Of a stretch of DNA of 64,000 nucleotides, positions 26,396-34,742 are shown one piece after another. The stretch is from Candidatus Omnitrophota bacterium (GTDB taxonomy: Bacteria > Omnitrophota > Gorgyraeia > Gygaellales > Profunditerraquicolaceae): NCBI GenBank assembly GCA_029571225.1, contig JAKPTF010000061.1:3051-67050 (forward strand), in the 5' to 3' direction. Position numbers and translations under genes: made by a program. Numbering within the stretch: position 1 is the stretch's first letter; each line of letters begins with the position of its first letter. The notes under the pieces are model-generated. The model worked only from the letters and a program-made list of their open reading frames with translations, ran no database searches and was not told the origin of the DNA.

Positions 26396-27130
26396 ATGTT
26401 CCTCTTTATCCGCCTCCTCTTAGCGCATCTCATCGGAGATTTCCCCTTGCAGTTCGATTTTATCTTCAAGCTGAAACTCAAAGGCCTGCGCGGGGTTATC
26501 CCTCACGCGCTGATCATATTCTACTGCGGCATTGCAATGTCCTGGCCGTATCTTCATATGCCGCTCGCATGGGGATTCCTGGCCTTCATCGCCATAACAC
26601 ATCTGATCCAGGACTCATTAAAGATCAATTACGGAAAAGCCAAGCACGGCTTCTGGGCATACGTCATTGACCAGGCAACCCACGCCGCGCTCATCTCTCT
26701 GGTTTTCTTCACGGGCTTGAAAGACCTGCCCGCTCCTGAGCCGTCAAACCCGTTCGTCAGGCTCTATTCCCATGACGGCCTCATCCTGTATCTCATCATC
26801 CTGATCGCCGCGACCTACAACGGGCATTTTCTCATCAGATGCTTCAAAGACTCGTTCGTCAGGAACGCCAATCCCTGTGACGCGTATGAGAAATGGTTCG
26901 GAATGTTCGAACGGCTCGCAATCGTATCGCTTTTTCTCACTCCGCTGCCGCTGTGGTTGATTATCTTGCTCAGCCTTGCGCTGCGGCCGCTGGCCTACGT
27001 ATCTCTCAAAGATCGGCTGTCCCTGCACCGTTGCTTCGTCGCCGTGCCCGACATGGTCCTCAGCTGGATCATCGGCCTGTTAGGCGGCATGATCCTCTAT
27101 CTACTTCAATCCCGTTACCCGGTATATTGA
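26396..27130 (+). CDS. DUF3307-family membrane protein
   Basis: 244 aa, polytopic. N-terminal LLAHLIGDFPLQ motif typical of DUF3307. The 3' end overlaps the convergent cyclase gene by 30 nt. Confidence 0.7.
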   Translation: MFLFIRLLLAHLIGDFPLQFDFIFKLKLKGLRGVIPHALIIFYCGIAMSWPYLHMPLAWGFLAFIAITHLIQDSLKINYGKAKHGFWAYVIDQATHAALISLVFFTGLKDLPAPEPSNPFVRLYSHDGLILYLIILIAATYNGHFLIRCFKDSFVRNANPCDAYEKWFGMFERLAIVSLFLTPLPLWLIILLSLALRPLAYVSLKDRLSLHRCFVAVPDMVLSWIIGLLGGMILYLLQSRYPVY

Positions 27131-29344
27131 TATCGGATTTGTCTTGCCCTTGACCATGATCGGCTCAAGCTTCTCCACAACGACATGGTCCCGGGCCATC
27201 TCGAATGTCGACTCGCTGATGATGATCTCGCCTTTACCCGCAGCGGCGCAGAGCCGCGCGCCAAGGTTGACGTTGTCCCCGATGACCGTATAATCCATAC
27301 GTTCGGCAGAACCCATGTTCCCCACGACCATATCGCCCGTGTTGATCCCGATGCCGATCTGGATCGCGGCCTTTGCGTCCTGCGCCAGGTTCTGGCGCAA
27401 TTCCTTCATTTTTTCCTGGATATCGAGCGCGACACGGATGGCCACAAGCGCGTGGTCCTTTTCATGGCGTTTGCTCGGCGCGCCGAAGAACGCCATGACC
27501 TCGTCGCCCACAAATTTATCAAGCGTTCCGTTATAATGGAATATGACCTTGACCTGCAGCGAGAGCACCTCGTTGAGCATCGCCACCACTTCTTCGGGCT
27601 GGCGTGTCTCTGAAAAAGCGGTAAACCCGCGCACGTCTGAGAACAGGACCGTGAGATGCCTGCGCTCGCCGCCGAGGGTCAGGCGCGAAGGATTATCCAT
27701 CATCTCGGATATGACCTCGTGGGACAGGTAATGAGAGAATGCCCCCTTGATCCAGAGCTTCTCCCGCTCCTCGGTAAAGAACCTGAAGCTGGTGATGGCC
27801 ATAAGGCCGAACACGACGATCCCCAGGGGCCCCACCATATCAAGCCACAGGCCGTTGGAGATGAACAAATAGAAACAAACCCAGAAAAATCCTGCAGCGT
27901 ACACGATTGCCAGGACCAGGCTTTTCCACAACTTCAGCAGAGACACCAGGGCGATCACCAGCGCCGTGACCACCAGCATCAGAACGCGAAGCGCCATGCG
28001 CTGCCTGACGATGAACCGCTCGGTCAGGATCGTATTGATGAAATTCGAATGGGTCCCGACCATGGGATAATTCTCCTGCAGGGGGATCGGCCGCAGGTCG
28101 TGCGTTCCGGTCGCGGTAAGGCCGACGATACAGATCTTGCCGTTCACCAGTGCCTTGAGCCGGGCAGTCAGGTCAGCTTCCATCTTGCGCAGGACCTCTT
28201 CTGCGCCCGAGATGCCGGCGTCCCGGCCGGCAAGTTGACTGCGCACTTCTTCGAGCTGAAGGATCAGATAATACGGGATATGCTTGAATGTTTTGTCCCA
28301 TTTCCCGTGCCAGTTCACGATCATGCATCCCTGGCTGTCAACGGGAATGACGATGTCCTTGCGGCCCGGATGGAACCTGGCTTTCTTAAGCGTGACCCGG
28401 TTTGGGCCGACTTCGACATTTTTGACTTCCAGCCTGTCCAGCAGAGCGGCAATGGTCAACTGTGGCAGGATCTTTCCCTCATAGCGGACAAAAAGCGGAA
28501 CCTTGCGCGTAACGCCGTCGATATCAGGATCGGCGTTGATAAAACCGCTTCCCATCATGCGCCTGGCGTATGCCATGATCGGTACGTTCAAAGAACCGGC
28601 TTCCCTGAAAAACGGCCACGAGCCCGGGATATCAACGGAAAACCTGTTGACGTAGAAATACACCGCCTGGTGATGCACGAAACGCTCCTGGACATACGAT
28701 TCGTCTTCGGCGAATAAAAAGAACCCGCGTTCCCGCTCCAGCCGCTCCAGGCAGGCGTCGAACGATATCTCCGGGTCTTTGCGGATAATATCGCGCACTG
28801 CCTCATCCAGCACCATACGTTTGGCCGCCGGCAGCTTGTCCCGCAAAAGGCCGGCGTCAACGCCGAGGGACTGCGCCGCCTTCTCAACGGAGATCGAGAT
28901 GTCCTTTAAGAGTATTTCCTTGAGCTTTGGGAAAGGGAAACTTTGCGGTTCGTCGAAATAGAACGGAAGATATGTGATGCCGCTGCGGTCTATGGCGTCA
29001 GCGAACGCCTCATCCTCCTGCGGGTTCTCTTTATCCGCTTCGGTGAAAATGACATCCCAGAGGATCTGCCTGGCCCCGCACTCCTTGAGAATCCTGGTCA
29101 ACCTGGCATGGTAGCTTCTCGGCCATGGCCACCTGCCGATCTTTGCGAGGCTCTGGTCGTCGATATCGACGTGAACGACCGGTCCCCGCGCTGGCTGGGC
29201 GCCCTGGAGGGTAAAACGCAAATCCAGCGCTTTTAATTCGAGGATCTCGTAGGGTTTGGAGCTGACAGCGAAGAAAATCGCCACTGCCAGCGACAGCGTG
29301 ATGAAAAGGCTGACTGTCAGTTTCAGGCGGGTCTTCTTATTCAC
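27101..29344 (-). CDS. CHASE2-sensor class III adenylate/guanylate cyclase
   Basis: 747 aa. N-terminal TM. CHASE2 core VVHVDIDDQSLAKIGRWPWPRSYHARLTRILKECGARQILWDVIFTE. Three TMs. Cyclase domain LTVLFSDVRGFTAFSE...KFVGDEVMAFFGAP...GINTGDMVVGNMGS...YTVIGDNVNLGARL. Confidence 0.9.
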   Translation of the reverse strand: MNKKTRLKLTVSLFITLSLAVAIFFAVSSKPYEILELKALDLRFTLQGAQPARGPVVHVDIDDQSLAKIGRWPWPRSYHARLTRILKECGARQILWDVIFTEADKENPQEDEAFADAIDRSGITYLPFYFDEPQSFPFPKLKEILLKDISISVEKAAQSLGVDAGLLRDKLPAAKRMVLDEAVRDIIRKDPEISFDACLERLERERGFFLFAEDESYVQERFVHHQAVYFYVNRFSVDIPGSWPFFREAGSLNVPIMAYARRMMGSGFINADPDIDGVTRKVPLFVRYEGKILPQLTIAALLDRLEVKNVEVGPNRVTLKKARFHPGRKDIVIPVDSQGCMIVNWHGKWDKTFKHIPYYLILQLEEVRSQLAGRDAGISGAEEVLRKMEADLTARLKALVNGKICIVGLTATGTHDLRPIPLQENYPMVGTHSNFINTILTERFIVRQRMALRVLMLVVTALVIALVSLLKLWKSLVLAIVYAAGFFWVCFYLFISNGLWLDMVGPLGIVVFGLMAITSFRFFTEEREKLWIKGAFSHYLSHEVISEMMDNPSRLTLGGERRHLTVLFSDVRGFTAFSETRQPEEVVAMLNEVLSLQVKVIFHYNGTLDKFVGDEVMAFFGAPSKRHEKDHALVAIRVALDIQEKMKELRQNLAQDAKAAIQIGIGINTGDMVVGNMGSAERMDYTVIGDNVNLGARLCAAAGKGEIIISESTFEMARDHVVVEKLEPIMVKGKTNPISIYRVTGLK

Positions 29345-29380
29345 GTAGGTGCTCTCGCGGGATAGCCGTTGCGGCCGTTA

Positions 29381-30394
29381 TTAAAACCTGTAATACGCCG
29401 ACAGCGAGGTGAGCGAGCCGGAATACCGTTCGCCCGGTTCGTTGGACCGGTTCTGCCGGTACGTATAGTTAAGGCCGAACGACAGCGCTTTATTCACAGA
29501 ATAGAACAGTGCGGCAGTCATCAGGTACGTTTTATCTTCCTGTTTGCACCCCGCGTCATTGATGAGCGTGCGCGTGCGGTAATCCCTGATCTGACGGGAA
29601 GCGGACAGATACCCAAAAAGTTTTTTCGTGAACAGATGGGTCAGCGACGCGCCGAACCTGAATGAGTCATAATCGTAATAGTTGAGGTATTTCTCATCGG
29701 AATTATTGTTGTAGTACTCGAAGTTGAACTTCAGCATGTCCTTCTCGAAGAATTTGCCGACCTCATAGGTGAACGTATTGCGCACGTCGTCCCGCTTTTT
29801 GGTGCCGACCTCGCCGTTGCCCGAACGGTTATACCGCTTGGCATAGTTGCGGTATGATCCGTCATACCGAAGGCTGTGGAACATCTTGTGCGGCAGGGTC
29901 TGTTTGAACTTCAGGTCGATGATCTGCTCTATGTAATCGTCCGTGCCGGTATGGTAATATTCAATAACGTCAAAGCCGTAACCGCCCGAAAGCGTGATAT
30001 CCTTGTTAAGGCGGTGTTCGAGGCCCGTATGGATCGCGTTGCGGATCATGTCGAGCTTGGGAAAGTCAGCATACACCAGGTTCATGAGCTCGTAATCGAA
30101 AAAGAACTCGCTCCTGCGCCAGATCGGGCTGGCAAAAGAAGCGCTCAAGAACTCCTGCGTATATGCGCCGCCGTCGCGCCGGCTGTCGAGGAACGCGTTA
30201 TTATCGTATCCCATGGTAACCGCTGCCAGGAAATTGAAATCGCCCTTCTCATACAGCGTGCGTTCGGGCTCAAGATAGATCTTCTTCACCCGGGGAGTGA
30301 CTTCCTCTTCCAGGTAATCGGCGGCGCAACATAGCGCGGGCGCCAGCATAAGGCCAGCGATCAATATGGATATCGTTTTCTTGTGTATGGGCAT
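29381..30394 (-). CDS. Putative outer-membrane beta-barrel protein (BBP2-like)
   Basis: 337 aa. Signal peptide MPIHKKTISILIAGLMLAPALCCA. Alternating Y/F-rich strands, GYDNNAF motif, C-terminal ...LSAYYRF (terminal aromatic OMP signature). Confidence 0.5.
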   Translation of the reverse strand: MPIHKKTISILIAGLMLAPALCCAADYLEEEVTPRVKKIYLEPERTLYEKGDFNFLAAVTMGYDNNAFLDSRRDGGAYTQEFLSASFASPIWRRSEFFFDYELMNLVYADFPKLDMIRNAIHTGLEHRLNKDITLSGGYGFDVIEYYHTGTDDYIEQIIDLKFKQTLPHKMFHSLRYDGSYRNYAKRYNRSGNGEVGTKKRDDVRNTFTYEVGKFFEKDMLKFNFEYYNNNSDEKYLNYYDYDSFRFGASLTHLFTKKLFGYLSASRQIRDYRTRTLINDAGCKQEDKTYLMTAALFYSVNKALSFGLNYTYRQNRSNEPGERYSGSLTSLSAYYRF

Positions 30395-30439
30395 CGTCCC
30401 TCCTTGGAATGGATTAAAGAGAACGGTTATACGGTCCTT

Positions 30440-31297
30440 TTATGGCTCATACGGCTCGTACTGTTCCTCACTCTCTTCTTCCAGCCGGTTAGTTATATCC
30501 TCGATCGTATTGCGTTCGTCGGTGATGTCCTTGGTATCGATGATCTGGTCCAGGATAGAGCTCTTCTGGTCTACCTGTTCGGTCAGGGTCTCGATAACTG
30601 ATTTCTCCGGCTCCATCCGTCCCCGCTCCCGTTCCTGGCGCCGGGGTTCTCTTCCCTCAACGCGACTCAACAGGTCAGCACGAATATTATCGAACTTCTC
30701 GAATTCGCGCAGGCTTATCTGAAGCAAGGCGCTGGGTTCCTGGAACCTTTCGATAAAGGTTCTGAAACCCTCGGGGAGCATCATATCCATCAACTGCACC
30801 TTGTTCGCGTCAAAAGCCTTGATAAAGACCGTGTCTTTCAAAGCCGCCACCTCGTCCTGGTCTGGTTCGACATACACCATATAGCTGGAACCTCTGACGC
30901 CCGCGACGGCGGAGGGCGTCGTCACTTCAAAGCTCATGCCTGCCTTTATGTTCTCCAGGTTGGAATAGACCCTGCCTCGGCTCAACTCAAGCCTGTCGAT
31001 CGTAGCCTCATCCTCGGCAGCGTTCAACACAGCCAGCGCCTTTTCGGCAATCTGGATGGCATTCTTCTTCTCCTTGTCAAGGGCGATGTCGACCTTCGAA
31101 TGGCGCGCGGTCCTGATCGTATCACCGGCCTTCAACTGCATGCCCTTCTCGGCCTTTCTCCAGTCGGTCTCATTGGGGGACTGGACCTGGACGTTCCCCT
31201 GGACAAAAATGATTTCCGCGGCATGCGCCATACCCGGGAAAAAACCGAAAGCAAGGATCATCACCATGCTTAATATCATCGTCTTTGATCTTCTCAT
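30440..31297 (-). CDS. Secreted FecR-domain protein with acidic C-terminal tail
   Basis: 285 aa. Signal peptide ...FGFFPGMAHA. FecR-like VQGNVQVQSPNETDWRKAEKGMQLKAGDTIRTARHSKVDIAL. Tail ...NRLEEESEEQYEPYEP. Confidence 0.7.
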   Translation of the reverse strand: MRRSKTMILSMVMILAFGFFPGMAHAAEIIFVQGNVQVQSPNETDWRKAEKGMQLKAGDTIRTARHSKVDIALDKEKKNAIQIAEKALAVLNAAEDEATIDRLELSRGRVYSNLENIKAGMSFEVTTPSAVAGVRGSSYMVYVEPDQDEVAALKDTVFIKAFDANKVQLMDMMLPEGFRTFIERFQEPSALLQISLREFEKFDNIRADLLSRVEGREPRRQERERGRMEPEKSVIETLTEQVDQKSSILDQIIDTKDITDERNTIEDITNRLEEESEEQYEPYEP

Positions 31298-31330
31298 ATC
31301 CGTCTCTCCCTCTTGATTGAATGTCCTGTG

Positions 31331-33076
31331 CTAGAACCCTTTGGTGAGCGCGAACCACGCATGCGCATGGTCTCCGTCCTTGCTGGGCTGATCGGTGAAC
31401 GGCCAGCCGATATCTAACCGGAACGATGTCGCCTTATCCGGGACCTTGAACTCGCAGCCGATGCCTCCGGATGCATATTCATAATGTTTGGGGTTGCCTT
31501 CCTGATACGTTTTGAAACTGGCCTTGGCGTAATCGACGAAGGTGAAAAGCCGCAGCGCATCATAGATCTTCGTTTTGGAATACGGCACCGACAATCCTCG
31601 CGGAAGGCCGAATGCAGGGAATGAAAAACCCGTGCTGAATGACACACCTTCATCTCCGGGCGCCTGGGCTCTGGGGAAACCGCGCATATCGATGACTCCC
31701 ATAAAGCCGCCGATGGAAAAAACATTGACGCCGGGCTGGGCCTGGGAGGATTTCTGCCAGTGCGCCTTGCCGAGCCAGTCGATATCCTTAAAAAGCTTCT
31801 GCCTCCTGGCAATGATCAGGTGGTTCTTTTTATATCCGCCGCCTGCCCCTTTGACCGAACAGGATTCGTCTTCCGCTGTCGACGCGCCGAAGATCCTGGG
31901 GATGCCGATCTCAAGGTCGTTGGCGATGACCCAGCGTCCGTAGCGGTCAGCGCGGTTCAGATCAAGGCTCCACAGCGCAGCCCCGAACCTGTCCGCTTTC
32001 TTCTTGTAGCCATACTGCCACCAATGGATGTTCTTGCTGACAAAGCCGTAGCTCGACACAAGCTCGCAACCGGGCTCGTCGATGAGCGACTGGTAGAAAT
32101 AAAAATACCATTTATACGCGTGTTTCTCGAAGTCGGTATCGACATTGGTGCCGCAGCAGTAATCTTCGAGTTTATAGGGCATGTAATAGAACTCGAATTT
32201 CCAATCGGGGTTCAGGGGCAGGAAATAGTCGAAATCGAACAACCGGTGGGAATCGGACTCTGTGGCCTGGGCCTTGAACTGCAATGAGTCGTCATGACCG
32301 GTGAGGTTATTATGCGTGACATAGATCTTATACCTGCGGTAGGCGATGTATTCGGAGCCATAATTGTCCATCTGCAGCGTCACGTGGACGGGCTTCTTAT
32401 CCTTGACCGTCAGGATAACGTCGGTCAGGCCGGTCTGCACGTTCGGATCGCAGGTAATGGATACCTTGCGGTCCGGATGTTTATTGATGCGGTAGATAGA
32501 ATTGTTGAGCTTCTTGAAATTAAAGTATTCGCCTTCTTTCAATGTCAGCTTCTTACGGAATACCGCTTCGGAAAAATGCTCGTTGCCTTCGATGATGATC
32601 TTGCCGGTCCTGCCCTCCTTGACCACGATCTGGAGGATGCCCTCGCCCAGCCGGGAAGGATCGATATACCCGTATGAAGTGATATACCCTTCCCTGCTGT
32701 AAGCACGGGTGACGCGGTCAGCCACATATTGAAGCTCCCTGCCGGTCAGTTCGCGGTTCTCATACATGGTCTTGAGCCTGCTGATAGCTTCAGGGGCAAG
32801 GATTGTCGCGCCGGTGACCCTGACCTCTTTGATCAGCGTTTTTCCCGCTGGCAGCGTGGGCTTGGGGATCTGCGATTCGACGGTTTGTTTCAGAATGATC
32901 GCAGGCGATTTTTTCCGCGCAGCGCCGAGGTTCTGCTGTATCGCATCTGCCTTCGGGCCGTCTTCGTCAGCGCCGTCAACGGCAAAGGCCGCAGCGGAAC
33001 CGGTGATGACAATGAAAGCAGCGAGTAATAGAACATGGGTCATTGCTTTAATGCCTTGCCGCGCTCTTTCTATCAT
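31331..33076 (-). CDS. ShlB/FhaC/HecB-family (TpsB-type) outer-membrane transporter, intact, with no adjacent TPS-domain cargo
   Basis: 581 aa. Signal peptide, POTRA region (IKEVRVTGATILAPEAISRLKTMYENRELTGRELQYVADRVTRAYSREGYITS...IIIEGNEHFSE), barrel ending ...HAWFALTKGF. Clear paralog of 24058-25761. Confidence 0.85.
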   Translation of the reverse strand: MIERARQGIKAMTHVLLLAAFIVITGSAAAFAVDGADEDGPKADAIQQNLGAARKKSPAIILKQTVESQIPKPTLPAGKTLIKEVRVTGATILAPEAISRLKTMYENRELTGRELQYVADRVTRAYSREGYITSYGYIDPSRLGEGILQIVVKEGRTGKIIIEGNEHFSEAVFRKKLTLKEGEYFNFKKLNNSIYRINKHPDRKVSITCDPNVQTGLTDVILTVKDKKPVHVTLQMDNYGSEYIAYRRYKIYVTHNNLTGHDDSLQFKAQATESDSHRLFDFDYFLPLNPDWKFEFYYMPYKLEDYCCGTNVDTDFEKHAYKWYFYFYQSLIDEPGCELVSSYGFVSKNIHWWQYGYKKKADRFGAALWSLDLNRADRYGRWVIANDLEIGIPRIFGASTAEDESCSVKGAGGGYKKNHLIIARRQKLFKDIDWLGKAHWQKSSQAQPGVNVFSIGGFMGVIDMRGFPRAQAPGDEGVSFSTGFSFPAFGLPRGLSVPYSKTKIYDALRLFTFVDYAKASFKTYQEGNPKHYEYASGGIGCEFKVPDKATSFRLDIGWPFTDQPSKDGDHAHAWFALTKGF

Positions 33077-33166
33077 GTATAGATCCTCCTTTTTCTCACA
33101 GATCCACCCGAGATATTAATTATATGGTAATACCCGCATATCCTTTGTCAAGCAAATAGTTGCTGT

Positions 33167-33856
33167 TCAGTGTGTTTCGTTCCTCTTCTGGGAAAAATAA
33201 TTGATGAATACCACGATAAAGGTGACGCAAACAAGCAGTTGCGCTATGACGACCATCCTGCCTGCAGTATTTTTCGCGCAAATATCCCCGAACCCGACTG
33301 TTGTGGTCGCGACGATGCTGAAATAAAGCGCAGAAACAGGGTCCATGGGCATGTTCAGAAGGTCGAATGCCATATAAAGAACGGCAAAATCGGACATTAC
33401 CTCTATATAGTGCAAAGAAATGAGCAAAAGCGAACGGCGGTACGAAACGACAGCGCTGTGCATATCCTCAAGGAATACAAGATGCAGGATGTGGACGAAC
33501 GTATCGCTCAGGAAATAGATGACCAGGAAGATGACGACAGGGCTCCTGTACCACCCCTGCCCAAGCACGACGAGCGGAAAGGCGAATTTCAGAAGCGTGT
33601 ACAGTTCGACCGCAAGTTTCCGGCCCGTCGGGCCCCAGTGGCCGAATATATCCCTTATCAAAAGCACGGGGAAAAGAAACTGCACCAGGCATAACGCAAG
33701 CCGCACGATACGCTCCACTCCGTAGGTATGCTCGTTCCAGACCCTGCGCACATCCCGCAATTGCTGGGCATACGCCTCAGGCATGCGCTCGCCATGCTCG
33801 CTTTCGGGCGGTTTTATTGCCGGGTTCGAAAAAATGTTCAAGAGGCTGAATTTCAT
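33167..33856 (-). CDS. Potassium-channel family protein (TVGFGD selectivity filter)
   Basis: ORF 33167..33979 trimmed to MKFSLLNIF (ATG 33856-33854, 2 nt after the upstream stop). Pore helix and filter: ALYFSIVATTTVGFGDI, flanked by TMs. Confidence 0.75.
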   Translation of the reverse strand: MKFSLLNIFSNPAIKPPESEHGERMPEAYAQQLRDVRRVWNEHTYGVERIVRLALCLVQFLFPVLLIRDIFGHWGPTGRKLAVELYTLLKFAFPLVVLGQGWYRSPVVIFLVIYFLSDTFVHILHLVFLEDMHSAVVSYRRSLLLISLHYIEVMSDFAVLYMAFDLLNMPMDPVSALYFSIVATTTVGFGDICAKNTAGRMVVIAQLLVCVTFIVVFINYFSQKRNETH

Positions 33857-33858
33857 CG

Positions 33859-34716
33859 TCAATAATAAAATAATGTGTAATACTGCATCACGTCGTCTTT
33901 GGTGAACCACTGCTTGTCCTTGCCCGGGCTGATATATTTCTTTTCCTTTATCTTGGCTCCCTGGCGGTCGTAAAAGCATTCTTTGGCAGACGTAATTTTG
34001 TCATCGCCGGTAAGCCATACGCCGTCTTTGCCCGCTCCGCCTTCGGAACCGAGGAATTCAGTCACCTTGCCCATGCGGTGCTTGTTGTCGTATTTGAAAT
34101 TATGATATTTAACGATTTCCCCGCCTTTGTAGTCAACGTCCCTGACGATCAGATTTGCGTGGCCGTAGAAATAATTCGTGGATCCTATCTCCGTCTTCTG
34201 CGGATCATACCTCTTGATGCTGATCTTACGGCCGGCGCTGTCGTATTCATAAACTCCGGTGTATTGCATGACCCCCGTGCCGGTATAAAGGATCTCGCGC
34301 GAGATCTTTCCGTCAGGCCCGAACTCGTAAACGATATAGTCATCCAGGATATCGTCATCAGTCATGAGTTTGCTGTCAGGGCCCTCCAGATACCCCGAAC
34401 GCCGGGTCATACGTCCCCGGGAATCATAATGGAGGATATAATATTCATATACGTCGTCGTCTTTCGTGAACCATGCTCCGTCATTCCCGGCGACATATTT
34501 GATCTCCTTGCGCTGCTTGAATTCGTCGCTGCGGGACAGTGCCCTGTCCCCTTCCCTTTCGATCTGCGCCTGTGTTTCTTCTACAAAAGGCTCCTCCGGC
34601 GCCAAGCGCTGCTCCCGGTCCATTTCAAGCGGCTGCGCCAGGCAGAGCGACGGGCCGTTCACGGATATAAGCCAGAGGACAATGCACACAAAAGAAATAT
34701 CATAGTATGATCGCAT
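33859..34716 (-). CDS. Secreted hypothetical protein with YD-like / W(F/L)TxDD repeats
   Basis: 285 aa with a signal peptide. Recurring units: GAWFTKDDDVYEYYILHYDSRGRM, VYEYDSAGRKISIKRYD, GVWLTGDDKITSAKECFYDRQGAK, KQWFTKDDVMQYYTLFYY. Confidence 0.35.
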   Translation of the reverse strand: MRSYYDISFVCIVLWLISVNGPSLCLAQPLEMDREQRLAPEEPFVEETQAQIEREGDRALSRSDEFKQRKEIKYVAGNDGAWFTKDDDVYEYYILHYDSRGRMTRRSGYLEGPDSKLMTDDDILDDYIVYEFGPDGKISREILYTGTGVMQYTGVYEYDSAGRKISIKRYDPQKTEIGSTNYFYGHANLIVRDVDYKGGEIVKYHNFKYDNKHRMGKVTEFLGSEGGAGKDGVWLTGDDKITSAKECFYDRQGAKIKEKKYISPGKDKQWFTKDDVMQYYTLFYY

Positions 34717-34742
34717 AGTACGTAATATGCTCCTGTTGTTTA

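Noticed and set aside
27656-28717. 353-aa plus-strand ORF opposite the CHASE2 cyclase
   Set aside because: Antisense artefact. The minus strand has CHASE2 and class III cyclase signatures.
33077-33166. TTGACA and TATAAT hexamers upstream of the orphan tpsB operon as a promoter
   Set aside because: The two hexamers are 21 nt apart, outside the functional 16-18 nt range, and no alternative pairing was convincing. No promoter was called.
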